This document shows positions 19,397 through 29,580 of a stretch of 64,000 bases of DNA, piece after piece; the first letter of the stretch is position 1; every line of letters begins with the position of its first letter. The DNA lies in the IMG/VR virus record IMGVR_UViG_3300023719_000001, positions 1 to 64,000 of that record; one strand, written 5' to 3'. Origin of the DNA: a virus. The notes under the pieces are model-generated. The model saw nothing but the letters and a program-made list of their open reading frames with translations, was not told where the DNA came from and searched no databases. Position numbers and translations under genes: made by a program.

Positions 19397-19776
19397 GCCA
19401 ATCCCTCCCGTTCAGCTTTCCACTGGGCGTACTTATCATAAGCAATCTTTTGAGCAAGCTCTTTGTTTTCAGCGGTAACATAAATAGTCCATGTCATACC
19501 CTTATTGAAAAGAATGTCCTCAAAATAATCCGGTTTCCACTCCCCATCTTTAATATCTTCGACGTCTCTGTCAGAATGGCATACGATCCAACCCCCATTT
19601 TTTTCGTAGTGATAAACCTTCCAAACGCCAATCGGATTTATAATACAATCATCGTACTCTTCAACATAACCATCGTAGGCCGCAGCGATTCTTTCTGCTT
19701 TTTCTTTATCTTCAGTGATAGTAATAATCCGATAATCTGAATATTCACCTTGGGTCACTGCATAATAAGTTCTCAC
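19393..19776 (-). CDS. hypothetical protein
   Basis: 127-aa ORF. Confidence 0.4.
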   Translation of the reverse strand: MRTYYAVTQGEYSDYRIITITEDKEKAERIAAAYDGYVEEYDDCIINPIGVWKVYHYEKNGGWIVCHSDRDVEDIKDGEWKPDYFEDILFNKGMTWTIYVTAENKELAQKIAYDKYAQWKAEREGLA

Positions 19777-19862
19777 ATCTGCTCCTTAGCCGTAGCTTAC
19801 TTCATTCTTATCGTTTCCACCCATCCAATAAAAGGAATCTTTTAGCTTGTTTTTAGGCATAT

Positions 19863-20159
19863 TTACCTCATTTTTGCTCCGCAATTTAGACAGTATTTTG
19901 AACATAGGGCTATGACTGGTCCTACAGTATTCCCACAGATTGAGCAACCCCATGCCCCATCGTATCTATCTTTACGCCGAATCCAATATCCTCTAGGCCG
20001 CATAGATTCCGCGTCAATTGTCGGAGCGTTTTCAATATTTTTCTTCATGAGAGCGATACCGTCTCGCCAAGCATCGGCTTCTTTTTCACTGTATTGCTTG
20101 ATTGTCCAATTATTTCGGTCAAGCAAAGCATTTGCGTCAATCAACCTAACATCAGCCAT
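19863..20159 (-). CDS. hypothetical zinc-ribbon protein
   Basis: trimmed to MADVRLID...; C-terminal CSICGN...CLNCG; the longer 200-aa ORF would overlap the ligase gene. Confidence 0.35.
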   Translation of the reverse strand: MADVRLIDANALLDRNNWTIKQYSEKEADAWRDGIALMKKNIENAPTIDAESMRPRGYWIRRKDRYDGAWGCSICGNTVGPVIALCSKYCLNCGAKMR

Positions 20160-21483
20160 AAGACACCTCGTTCTTGTCGTTTCGGAATCGCACAAAAGTT
20201 GGGAATTGCAGGGACTCAAGGCCGGTCTTTTTATCCATCGTGACCTCTTTGTATTTACACTCCACAATCTTACCGATGTAATTATCAGGATTTGCCCACA
20301 CAGCAGCTCTCGTAGCATCATCAAAACCAGAACCGACACGAAGCTCGTTGCCCTTGTAGTCCACAACCAGAGCGCCCATCGTACCAGCCAGACGATTCTG
20401 ACCTTCCTCAATCGCGGTGATTCGCAGGTCAACAGTATAGAATCGCTTAATTTTGAGACATCCATTGTGACGAGCCCGACGATAAGGTACGTCCGTGTTC
20501 AACATAAGACCTTCCCAATCGTGCTCGACCGCATAATCAAGCCACTTTGGAATCACGTTTTGGTCTTTTCCTTCATAAACCATGGGAACAATCTCAATAT
20601 TTTCAAGGTGCTTATGAGTAATCTCTGCACGAAGGCAATTCAACCATTCGCGGCGCGTCCGATACGGAACCGTGCATTTACTGCGGTCGAACTCAACAAC
20701 AGGGATGACATCAAAAATAACGAACTTGATGCCCGTCTTGTCCTTACTATCCGAGTTCAATAGGCCAGTGCCATAACGAAAAGCCTCTCCGTCTGACATT
20801 CCTTCTGGATTCTTATAGATAAGTTCGCCATCAAATACCCAAGCATCTCGCTTTGATGCGTCTCCATCGTATAGAGCAAGCAGGTCATTTTTTATATGGT
20901 CGAGTCCTTTAAACTTCTGGACCTGCCGAGAGATGAGCTCGCCTCTATGCATGGTGCCCCTATTGCCATTTTCTTTCTGGCTAAGGCTGAACCAAGTTCC
21001 CTTCTTTAGCTTGACCTTATCAATTGGATATCCCTGCTGAACTTCCCATACAGGAACAATCTCTTCGCCGTACACCTTATTGATGGTAGCTGCTTCAACT
21101 CCAATCGGCAGGTTCTTAGTGAACAGTCGCTTCAGGAACTCTTCGTATTCAGGATTTTTATGTAAATAATTCTGGATTGTTGCGATGGATGCGTCAGAGC
21201 CGGTATTGTGACCGGCACCCATAATATAAAGGTATCCGCAGCTGAGATACTGAACATCGATATCCGGCTTTGCAGCTACCTTCTTATTGATCTTTGCATC
21301 AGACAGGCCAGTAACAATCGCCGGGTCAAGCAGGAATCGGAAGAATGCCATCAGCTCGTCAGCCTCATCTCCAAAATCTTTTCGTGCATCCAGCAAAATG
21401 CGGGTCTTGTCCGTCTTCTTCTTTGCTTTTTGCAATGCCTTAACCATTGCATCAAGCTTACCTATGAGTTCCTTATCTGTCAT
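20152..21483 (-). CDS. ATP-dependent DNA ligase
   Basis: 443 aa; nucleotidyltransferase motifs III (AWVFDGELIY), IV (EGLMLN), V (CLKIKRF); noncanonical motif I candidate KENGNR. Confidence 0.65.
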   Translation of the reverse strand: MTDKELIGKLDAMVKALQKAKKKTDKTRILLDARKDFGDEADELMAFFRFLLDPAIVTGLSDAKINKKVAAKPDIDVQYLSCGYLYIMGAGHNTGSDASIATIQNYLHKNPEYEEFLKRLFTKNLPIGVEAATINKVYGEEIVPVWEVQQGYPIDKVKLKKGTWFSLSQKENGNRGTMHRGELISRQVQKFKGLDHIKNDLLALYDGDASKRDAWVFDGELIYKNPEGMSDGEAFRYGTGLLNSDSKDKTGIKFVIFDVIPVVEFDRSKCTVPYRTRREWLNCLRAEITHKHLENIEIVPMVYEGKDQNVIPKWLDYAVEHDWEGLMLNTDVPYRRARHNGCLKIKRFYTVDLRITAIEEGQNRLAGTMGALVVDYKGNELRVGSGFDDATRAAVWANPDNYIGKIVECKYKEVTMDKKTGLESLQFPTFVRFRNDKNEVSYG

Positions 21484-21496
21484 AAAGCCTCCTTGC

Positions 21497-21523
21497 GTAT
21501 CCTGTGTTATATAGTTATAGCTA
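21497..21523 (-). promoter_or_regulatory. conserved phage motif copy M1 (GTATCCTGTGTTATATAG[ttatag]CTA)
   Basis: 14 nt upstream of the ligase start; matches the ~21-bp consensus with a 6-nt insertion. Confidence 0.4.
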
Positions 21524-21565
21524 ATAAAGAAAGGCTTGTCGTTACGAGCAAGCCATTCCCTTCTC

Positions 21566-21586
21566 GTATCCTGTATTGTATAGCTA
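21566..21586 (-). promoter_or_regulatory. conserved phage motif copy M2 (GTATCCTGTATTGTATAGCTA)
   Basis: sequence identity to the other copies. Confidence 0.4.
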
Positions 21587-21624
21587 AAGAGAGAATTTTA
21601 AGCCTCCGGGATGGAGACTTTTTG

Positions 21625-21645
21625 TAGCTATATTATACAGGATAC
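21625..21645 (+). promoter_or_regulatory. conserved phage motif copy M3 in inverted orientation (TAGCTATATTATACAGGATAC)
   Basis: forms an inverted repeat with M2; 12 nt downstream of the helicase stop. Confidence 0.4.
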
Positions 21646-21656
21646 GCACATAATTG

Positions 21657-23987
21657 TCAATGATTTTCTGAAAATTCTTTCCGTAAAAATTCCTTCAGGA
21701 ACGTCCGCTTGTATGGAACTCTCGAAGTCTTTACAGCCCGATCAAGAGCGTGAGTTTCGGCGCAAATCACACAATACTTCTTGGCACGAGTGATAGCCGT
21801 ATAGAGCCATTCTCTTGTCAACATCAGATATGCGGAGTTGTCCATGCCAACAATCACATACGGTGCTTCACTGCCCTGCAGCTTATGACAACTCAGAGCA
21901 TAAGCAAGTTCAAGCGTTGCCCAGATGTTATTCCCACCAAAGTAATGAGGAATAAATATCGTGCCCCACTGGTCAAAATCAACCAGAATAAAGCTATTCT
22001 CAATCTTTCGGATAATGCCACGGTTTCCGTTGAACACCGGACACTTCTCTTCCTTTTTCTTTGTCTTGAAATTATATGTATGAAGTTCGTAGTTGTTCTT
22101 GTTGATAATAACCTGATCGCCCTCACGCAGAGTGTACACTCTATCCTTGCCATCACCATAGATTGTGACCTTTGCTTCTGCTTGACCACTACTCGGATTC
22201 ACGATTTCCTGAATAGCATTATTGACTTCATAGGTGCAGATACTGCCACGAAGCTTCTGTGGAAGTACAATCTGAATCTTCGCACTATCATTCCCTACCT
22301 TATTATATAAGGTACGGTACTGATTGATGATGTGGTTGAATGACTCACTTGCATCCTTATAGATATCAAGCTCCAAGTCACGAAGTTCACCACGAACCTC
22401 ATTGCCAGCCCAGCCATAAGGAACCAACTGTGTAGCATTACGAACCTTGATGCTCTCCGTAATAATTGCAGACTTAGCTGCCTGACGATGGATCTTAGTC
22501 AAACGAGCTACAGGAACAACCTTAGATGCAAGCATATCTTTGAAGATGTTGCACATACCGATACTCTCAAGCTGGCCGTCATCACCAATCATGATGAATC
22601 GCTTGCCGGTCTCGATTGCCTGAATCAAGTCATAGAATAACTGAGCTCCAACCATAGAGGTCTCATCCAGAATGATAATGTCTTCTTCAAGAGGATTGCC
22701 CTTGTTATGGACGAAACCACCATTCTCAATATCATAACCAAGAAGACGATGAATGGTCTTACCGTCCTGACCAGTAATCTCCTGCATACGAGCTGCGGCA
22801 CGACCAGAAAGTGCAGTCTGAGCAAAAGACTTACCACGAAGAACCTTTAAGACACCAGCGACAACGGTACTTTTACCGCATCCACCAAGACCTGTGACGA
22901 TAGCAATATTGTTAGAGCATACCTTTTTAATAGCATCTCTCTGCTCTTCAGTGTACTCGATACCAAGTTCATCCTCGGCTTCATTGATTGCTACGTCCAT
23001 ATTTCGACCAATCGGATCAACAGGTGCATCCGCCAGTCGCTTGATTTCCTTTGCGATTTCATCTTCCAGATTCCACACTCTAGTTAAAGCAAATTCCTGA
23101 CGGTCATCACTCCACCAAAGTGTTTCACGGACATCGTGCAGATGGAAAAGTGCCCTTTTGATGACTTCTTGGTCACCCTCATTCAAATCAAGTTCCTTGA
23201 TGCAGCTATTGATTGTCTGGTTTGCCGGGATAATAGAGTTTCCTTCTTCGGCACGGGCAGCAAGAAAATGCATGACGTAAGCTTCGATTCTGAATTGCGA
23301 ATTGTGCTTTAAGCCCATATTCAAAGCAAGAGCATCAGCTTTTTTCCAGCCGATGCCATACACATCGTCAATCAGGACGTAAGGATTCTCTTCAATCTTT
23401 CTCACCAGAGTGTCTGCACCATGATATTGACGGACAAGCTTTTCAATAGCACTAGGGGTCAGACCGTACTCAATTAGCTTTGTGTACGCCTCACTGTTAT
23501 CAATGTTGTTTTCATAAGTATCAATGATCTTTTGAGCTCTGCCTTCCGTAATACCACCAACAGTGCAAAGCGACTTGATATCACCATTCTTGATAATCTC
23601 ATACGGATTTTCGAATGCTTCATAAAGTATCTCAAACTGATGGTCGGTCAGGATATAATGGAGAAAGCTTTTCTGTTCTTCCGGGTCAGTAATCTCTTGA
23701 AACTCATTCATATAAATGATTTTATACTGGTCACCAAACTTTTCATGATGAACATACTCACCACAGAACGAATAAGTTTTATTCATATCGAGGCTAGGAA
23801 CGTTGCCCTTTAACCGGAGGTCACTGTATCGACTCATAACAGGATTTCCCTGCTTGACTTTTACCACCTCGGCAGAGAAAGTGGCGAAGCCGCCGGGCTC
23901 CACCTCCCTCCCATCTTTCGGATAAAAGACTCGTTTTATCCTGATGTAGCAACGGATCATATTTTCATTGAATTTTTTATCTGCCAC
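21657..23987 (-). CDS. RecD-like / Dda-like SF1 DNA helicase
   Basis: 776 aa; Walker A TGLGGCGKST, motif II IIILDETSM, C-terminal SF1 motifs. Confidence 0.8.
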   Translation of the reverse strand: MADKKFNENMIRCYIRIKRVFYPKDGREVEPGGFATFSAEVVKVKQGNPVMSRYSDLRLKGNVPSLDMNKTYSFCGEYVHHEKFGDQYKIIYMNEFQEITDPEEQKSFLHYILTDHQFEILYEAFENPYEIIKNGDIKSLCTVGGITEGRAQKIIDTYENNIDNSEAYTKLIEYGLTPSAIEKLVRQYHGADTLVRKIEENPYVLIDDVYGIGWKKADALALNMGLKHNSQFRIEAYVMHFLAARAEEGNSIIPANQTINSCIKELDLNEGDQEVIKRALFHLHDVRETLWWSDDRQEFALTRVWNLEDEIAKEIKRLADAPVDPIGRNMDVAINEAEDELGIEYTEEQRDAIKKVCSNNIAIVTGLGGCGKSTVVAGVLKVLRGKSFAQTALSGRAAARMQEITGQDGKTIHRLLGYDIENGGFVHNKGNPLEEDIIILDETSMVGAQLFYDLIQAIETGKRFIMIGDDGQLESIGMCNIFKDMLASKVVPVARLTKIHRQAAKSAIITESIKVRNATQLVPYGWAGNEVRGELRDLELDIYKDASESFNHIINQYRTLYNKVGNDSAKIQIVLPQKLRGSICTYEVNNAIQEIVNPSSGQAEAKVTIYGDGKDRVYTLREGDQVIINKNNYELHTYNFKTKKKEEKCPVFNGNRGIIRKIENSFILVDFDQWGTIFIPHYFGGNNIWATLELAYALSCHKLQGSEAPYVIVGMDNSAYLMLTREWLYTAITRAKKYCVICAETHALDRAVKTSRVPYKRTFLKEFLRKEFSENH

Positions 23988-23999
23988 TTTATAACCCTC

Positions 24000-26900
24000 T
24001 TACGCTATCTCTCTATCATGCAGCCACTGCTTATAAGGCTTCATCTTCTCAACAATGTACGAATTTTCTTTTCTCTTGCAAAGGATTGCAAGATCGTTAC
24101 CCTTTGAAATCAGACTTGAATATCGTGCATACTGAGATGCCCAACAAATCATTTCGACAATACCACCTGTCGTGTAAACATGTAAGTACGCAAACTGGTT
24201 GCCACGTTTATCCTTCTTTTTTTGGATATCTACGATAACACAAATAGCAGTTGCCTTACCGCCATCCTCTACAGTATCAAGACCAGCATCAATATAGGTG
24301 CAAGCATCCTTAATGGGATTGCTAGTCAAAAACATTGAAAGAGTTTCAAATTCCCACATGTGCTCGTCTTGCATATACTTTTCAGCAAACGCCTGCATAA
24401 ATGCATTCCGCTTTTTGTCTTTTTCTTTCTTTCGATTCCATGTGCCCGCTTCCCAGCGCTCCCTTCTTACCTTATTATATAAGGCAAGTCTGGTTGGTTT
24501 GTCTTTAATAGAATCCGTATCAATGCCGTATTCGTCTTTAAGAATGGAAATCTTAGGGAGAGACGCCATCTCATGGAATCCTTTCTCTTTATACTCATTC
24601 TCAAAAACCATATTTGCAAAAGTGATTAAGATTTTTTTCTTATCCTTTGTCGGGATAGCGCCAGCCTTAATCAACTTGACAACATTTGAGGTTCCAATCT
24701 TACCACCGTTTGCCCTCTGAACAAAGTCTGCCAGTCCAGAATATGGACGGTCTGCAATCACTCCTGAAGCGACACTCTCACCCATTCCCTTAATGGCTTT
24801 CAAACCAAACAAGATTGTGTGCTTTTCCGCATCAGCCTTAAATTCCATATCAGACTTGTTGACACTTGGAGGAAGGACACGAATATGTAGACGGTCGCAT
24901 TCGTTGATAAACACACCCATTTTGCCAGAATCACCTTCCTTGGTAATCATACACGCAGCCATGAAATACTCAGTATAATGAGTTTTCAGGTAAGCCGTCA
25001 GGTAAGAAAGAAGTCCATACGCAACTGCGTGGCCTCTATTAAAGGAATAAGAAGCCTGCTTCAAGATTAGTGCCCACATCTCAGAAATCTGGTAATCATT
25101 CCATCCTTTCTTGTGAAGACCATCTCGGAACTGAACTTCCAAGGATGCCATAACATCTTTCTTTTTCTTGCCGATAGCACGACGAGCATTGTCAACCTCA
25201 GTTTCAGGGAATCCTGCATAGCGGAATACCGCTAGTGCCTGTTCCTGATAAAGAAGAATGTATTGCGTCTTAGCAAAAAGCTGTTTGATGTCAGGATGGA
25301 GTAGTTTGATAGTCTCTGGATGAAGTTTATTGGAGCAATACGTCGGGAAGCTGTCCTTAGTACCAGGACGATTCGCTGCGTTCACAACAATGATATCCTC
25401 AGCATTATCGCACTTTGCTTCAACACACATCTTTCGTGCTTCTGCAGATTCCATCTGGAAAATGCCAATTGTGTTGCCCGACTTGTAGACGGTATCATAG
25501 ACAGCCTTATCACTTAGATCAAGATGGTTGATATCGACATCTTCCCATGTTAATCCAGCCATCTTTAACGTATCGTCAATAATGTCCAGATTCTCAAGAC
25601 CAAGGAAGTCCATCTTGACCAGCGACAAATCATCCATGGCATTGTGCATCTCAAGTTGGCACATCTGATTGCCTTCTCTGTCCATACAAAGAGGACAATA
25701 TTCAATGACAGGCTTGGGCGTAATCAATGTACCGGCAGCATGGCGACCCATACTCTTAGGCAGACCCTCAAGACGCATAACGTATTTGAACCATAGAGGA
25801 AACTTGTCATATACATTAGAAAGCTGTTCACTCTTTCCGAGGATATCCTTTAGTAGAACTTCCTTTTCAACTTCTTCGCCAAGGTCATCCAGCGTTTTTA
25901 CAGTCGGAATTAACTTGGCGACCTCATTACGTAATTCATACGGAATCTGCATATAATACGGGCTTTCTGGGTCTTCGTTCAGAACTTTGCCAATATCTTT
26001 GATGGCAACTTTTGTAGACAAAGAGTTAAACGTAGCGATAGGAGCAACATTTTCTTTGCCGAAAAGTTCTTCTGCAATAGCAATAAGTTCCTTTCGACGA
26101 CGTTTAGAGACATCGAAGTCGAAGTCGGCCAGGCTCTTTCTACCTTTGTTTGCAAAGCGAGAGAAGTCAAGATCCCAACGAACAGAGTCAATCTGAGTAA
26201 CATTCTCCATAAAAAGGCAAAGACAATTTGCGCCAGAACCACGAGAGTACCCACGAGGAATTTTGCGTTCATCAGCCTTTTTGCAAAGCATATACAGCAT
26301 AATGAAATAGTCAATATAATCAACATACTTCAAAACATCCAGTTCCATCTCAATACGATTCCGCCGGGTTTGCTGTTCCACTTCACTCATCCACCCGAAT
26401 TTTTTATTAAAAGTGGCATATACAAGGTGCCGAAGATAATCAAAATGAGAATCAAATTTTCCCTCAATTTTCACTTCTGGCATCTGGTTCGGCTGTCCAA
26501 GACCGATATCGATATCATCAATCATGTCTGCGATTTTCACAGACATCTCACAGCCTTTTTTGATAAAGTCCTCATCAAACTGCTTTGATAGCGTTCTCAA
26601 AACATCGTTTTCAGTCTGAAGATAGCAGTCAACGTAGCTTTCACCAACTTCTCGGCCTTCTCCAATCTCAACAAAGACAGAGTGTGCATCAATATCTTCT
26701 TTAGAAAGCATGTGAGCATCGGTCGTAATGGTATACGGCAAGTCGTATTTCCTAATAAACGCCGCAATTTTTGCATTGGCCTCAGCTTGATCTGGCGTAT
26801 CATGTGACTGTACTTCCATAAACACGTCATCAAAGATCCATTCCAGTTTGTTCCATAACTGCCATGCTTCAGTCTCGTTGCCATCAACAAGTAATCTACT

Positions 26901-27344
26901 CATTCGACCAACTTGACAGGCCGTAAGACAGATGATACCTTCCCCCCACTCGTTCTGTTCAATGATATTCAAAGAAGTTCGAGGCTTTTTATACATGCCA
27001 TCAATGCAAGCATTTGAAACAATCTTGAACAGATTTTTCAAACCGGTCTCGTTCTTCGCCAGTAAAACAAGATGGTAACGTGGTTGTTTATAGTCTTTTG
27101 TGTCGGCTTTCTCTGCCTGATTATCTACTTCATAAACTTCACAGCCGATGATAGGCTTAATACCTTCTGCTTTACAAGCCTTAACTTGGTCAACAAAAGA
27201 ATGCATCTTGCCATGGTCTGTAACAGCAATAGCCTTCTGACCATTCTCTTTGGCAAAGTCTACAAGTTCCTTGACGGTAAGAATAGAGTCAAGTAACGAA
27301 CCCTGCGCTGTATGTACATGAAGATTTACAAAATTATCTGACAT
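24000..27344 (-). CDS. dnaE: DNA polymerase III alpha subunit (DnaE-type) with N-terminal PHP domain
   Basis: 1114 aa; PHP signature NFVNLHVHTAQGSLLDS, then polymerase core. Confidence 0.9.
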   Translation of the reverse strand: MSDNFVNLHVHTAQGSLLDSILTVKELVDFAKENGQKAIAVTDHGKMHSFVDQVKACKAEGIKPIIGCEVYEVDNQAEKADTKDYKQPRYHLVLLAKNETGLKNLFKIVSNACIDGMYKKPRTSLNIIEQNEWGEGIICLTACQVGRMSRLLVDGNETEAWQLWNKLEWIFDDVFMEVQSHDTPDQAEANAKIAAFIRKYDLPYTITTDAHMLSKEDIDAHSVFVEIGEGREVGESYVDCYLQTENDVLRTLSKQFDEDFIKKGCEMSVKIADMIDDIDIGLGQPNQMPEVKIEGKFDSHFDYLRHLVYATFNKKFGWMSEVEQQTRRNRIEMELDVLKYVDYIDYFIMLYMLCKKADERKIPRGYSRGSGANCLCLFMENVTQIDSVRWDLDFSRFANKGRKSLADFDFDVSKRRRKELIAIAEELFGKENVAPIATFNSLSTKVAIKDIGKVLNEDPESPYYMQIPYELRNEVAKLIPTVKTLDDLGEEVEKEVLLKDILGKSEQLSNVYDKFPLWFKYVMRLEGLPKSMGRHAAGTLITPKPVIEYCPLCMDREGNQMCQLEMHNAMDDLSLVKMDFLGLENLDIIDDTLKMAGLTWEDVDINHLDLSDKAVYDTVYKSGNTIGIFQMESAEARKMCVEAKCDNAEDIIVVNAANRPGTKDSFPTYCSNKLHPETIKLLHPDIKQLFAKTQYILLYQEQALAVFRYAGFPETEVDNARRAIGKKKKDVMASLEVQFRDGLHKKGWNDYQISEMWALILKQASYSFNRGHAVAYGLLSYLTAYLKTHYTEYFMAACMITKEGDSGKMGVFINECDRLHIRVLPPSVNKSDMEFKADAEKHTILFGLKAIKGMGESVASGVIADRPYSGLADFVQRANGGKIGTSNVVKLIKAGAIPTKDKKKILITFANMVFENEYKEKGFHEMASLPKISILKDEYGIDTDSIKDKPTRLALYNKVRRERWEAGTWNRKKEKDKKRNAFMQAFAEKYMQDEHMWEFETLSMFLTSNPIKDACTYIDAGLDTVEDGGKATAICVIVDIQKKKDKRGNQFAYLHVYTTGGIVEMICWASQYARYSSLISKGNDLAILCKRKENSYIVEKMKPYKQWLHDREIA

Positions 27345-27361
27345 CTATTCTCCTTTCACCA

Positions 27362-27685
27362 TTAAAACTGGTCGCGTTCCTTCAGACGCTTAATCCAGCG
27401 CTTGCGCTTCTCGTTAGCAATCTCATTCGCTTTCGATGTAAACGCCAAGATGCAATCCTCGTCATCATCATAGTATGCATAGATACAGTTCAGCACATCG
27501 CCGAATTCTTCTACGAGATTTTCATAAGCCTCGTTAATGCTTACCGGCGTAGGATTCTTCATGTCGATTGCACGATAAAACTTTATCGCAGCTTTCGACA
27601 ACTCAGATCCTTCCTCACCCATCTGAATGAGAATTTCCTTGCCATCAATATAATCAAGCACTCGTAAATTTTTATCTTTGATCAT
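27362..27685 (-). CDS. putative MazG-like nucleotide pyrophosphohydrolase
   Basis: 107 aa; QMGEEGSELSKAAIKF resembles the MazG EExGE helix. Confidence 0.35.
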   Translation of the reverse strand: MIKDKNLRVLDYIDGKEILIQMGEEGSELSKAAIKFYRAIDMKNPTPVSINEAYENLVEEFGDVLNCIYAYYDDDEDCILAFTSKANEIANEKRKRWIKRLKERDQF

Positions 27686-27927
27686 TCTGTCTGCTCCTTA
27701 TCTTCGATGGACACTCTTAAAGTTACAGTCTTACCGTCCTTTGTTGTCCATGTGTATCCACCAAAAGTTCTATTGTTGAACTGAGCTTCAGAAAGAAGCC
27801 AATCACGAACTGCCTCAATAGCTTCATCTGTGACACGAGTTTTATCTTTCCATTCGGTTCCATTCTTTTTAACAGTTCCTGCGTAAATACCAAACATACC
27901 ACAGCTCACATGATATTCACTCATCAC
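27682..27927 (-). CDS. hypothetical protein
   Basis: 81-aa ORF. Confidence 0.35.
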   Translation of the reverse strand: MMSEYHVSCGMFGIYAGTVKKNGTEWKDKTRVTDEAIEAVRDWLLSEAQFNNRTFGGYTWTTKDGKTVTLRVSIEDKEQTE

Positions 27928-28678
27928 TCTTCACCTTGTCTCCAAACTTAATAATATCGTCAAAAAGCATCACATAGTCATCGGTGTACTTGTTACCATG
28001 AAAATGGCCGAAGTACCAGAATGGTTTACAATCGTTAGGATAACATTCGTATATATCATCAAAGAATATTTCAGTTGACTGGTCTACTGTGCTTTGATCA
28101 ATACCACCGATAAACAATTCAGTTGGAATGAACCGGAATGGACAGGTATGCGTGAGCATAACATCAATATCATCGATTTGAGGGTCATGTGTAATATTCC
28201 AGATCTTTTTCTTAGTCTTTTCACTCGGCTGTTCATTCGGCCACCAGTTCCATCCACGTTCCAACCGATAATATTTATCTACGGAATAAGCTCCGCCGCA
28301 AACAAGACAGTTCAGAATTTCCCTATCAGCAAGAATCTGGTAAACTTCGCCATCAATAGCAAAATACTGATTGGGATAATGTGGGTCATGCCACACTTTT
28401 CCGCAAATATCTCCACTGATTTCCTTTGTCTTATAGCCATCCTTACGAGACGGGCGGCGTTCGTGATTTCCATGAATGCAGAATAAATTCGCAGGGATGT
28501 CCGCAGCAATGGTCTTAATGCTCCATTCACGAGAATCATCCTTGCCGTAGTAATTCAAACCAACATCGCCAAGGCAGATAATCCAATCATTCTTTCCAAG
28601 ATTGTGTCTAATGCAAAACTTATTTAGCTTTAAGAGACGATTAAAGTCGCCGTGAATATCGCCTGTAATATAAACCAT
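27917..28678 (-). CDS. calcineurin-like metallophosphoesterase
   Basis: 253 aa; GDIHGD, GDVGLNYYG and GNHE metallophosphatase motifs. Confidence 0.7.
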   Translation of the reverse strand: MVYITGDIHGDFNRLLKLNKFCIRHNLGKNDWIICLGDVGLNYYGKDDSREWSIKTIAADIPANLFCIHGNHERRPSRKDGYKTKEISGDICGKVWHDPHYPNQYFAIDGEVYQILADREILNCLVCGGAYSVDKYYRLERGWNWWPNEQPSEKTKKKIWNITHDPQIDDIDVMLTHTCPFRFIPTELFIGGIDQSTVDQSTEIFFDDIYECYPNDCKPFWYFGHFHGNKYTDDYVMLFDDIIKFGDKVKSDE

Positions 28679-28687
28679 ATACTCACC

Positions 28688-28936
28688 TCACTCAAAATCT
28701 TCTTTATCAATCACATAAGTTCGTGGATAAAACCTATCGTTTCTATCACCGAAAATATCAACAAAGTAGACTTTAACAATCTCAAACTTACGATTACACT
28801 CTTTGCTTTTTAGCATTTTAACTGCATCTCTTGCATTTTCAGCGTAGATTTCTCTGTGTAAGTTGTGATATTTCTTGAGCGTATAATTATATGTACGGTA
28901 ATCAATTTTGTAATATCTATATCGTCGTTTTTCCAT
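28688..28936 (-). CDS. hypothetical protein
   Basis: 82-aa ORF. Confidence 0.3.
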   Translation of the reverse strand: MEKRRYRYYKIDYRTYNYTLKKYHNLHREIYAENARDAVKMLKSKECNRKFEIVKVYFVDIFGDRNDRFYPRTYVIDKEDFE

Positions 28937-28939
28937 TTT

Positions 28940-29263
28940 TCATTCAAAATCAAGAACAATCATATCTCCCATACCTTCATAGAAAACATGACCTATCTTA
29001 AATTTCTCACTAACCGATCCGTGGTCAGTTTCGATACAAATCTCCCAATCTGGATGCTGCTCTGCAAATTTATCAAGAATATGAGTCAATTCATCCGGTT
29101 CAATAATATGAGCACCATCATTTAAAATCTGATTAAATGCTGTACCTTCCCGAAGTGGTTCTAAATCTGCAATAGTATGTGCAAGTGATTGATGTGCTTT
29201 GTCAAGCAAATTTAATGGCAAATCGTAATTACCAACTTTATTCATTGTCAACCAACTCTCCAT
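28940..29263 (-). CDS. hypothetical protein
   Basis: 107-aa ORF. Confidence 0.35.
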   Translation of the reverse strand: MESWLTMNKVGNYDLPLNLLDKAHQSLAHTIADLEPLREGTAFNQILNDGAHIIEPDELTHILDKFAEQHPDWEICIETDHGSVSEKFKIGHVFYEGMGDMIVLDFE

Positions 29264-29579
29264 TCTTTACTTTTACAGCCTTATCGTCCCAATATTCATC
29301 AGCCCCAACCTTTCTAGGAGCAGTGCCAAAATGCTCTTTCCACTCAGGAAGACTCTCATTGATGGCATCAAACTGAATACCCCAATCAAAGCAAGCCTCC
29401 ATTGCATCATACAAAAGCTTTCCTTCCCGACAAGTCCAGAGAATCAGACCAGCACCGTGCTTCTGTTCCTGAATTGCTTGATAAATGACATTCCAGTTTG
29501 GTTCACCGATATCAGGATAATTATTCTCACAGAGAGTGCCATCAAAGTCGATGGCGATAGCACGTTTCCAATTTCCCAT
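29238..29579 (-). CDS. putative HAD-superfamily phosphatase
   Basis: 113 aa; N-terminal IDFDGTL (DxDGT) motif. Confidence 0.4.
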   Translation of the reverse strand: MGNWKRAIAIDFDGTLCENNYPDIGEPNWNVIYQAIQEQKHGAGLILWTCREGKLLYDAMEACFDWGIQFDAINESLPEWKEHFGTAPRKVGADEYWDDKAVKVKNGELVDNE

Positions 29580-29580
29580 A

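Noticed and set aside
19912-20763. 283-aa plus-strand ORF overlapping the ligase gene
   Set aside because: It lies entirely inside the well-supported minus-strand ligase (and the neighbouring gene) and has biased composition; likely a spurious shadow ORF.
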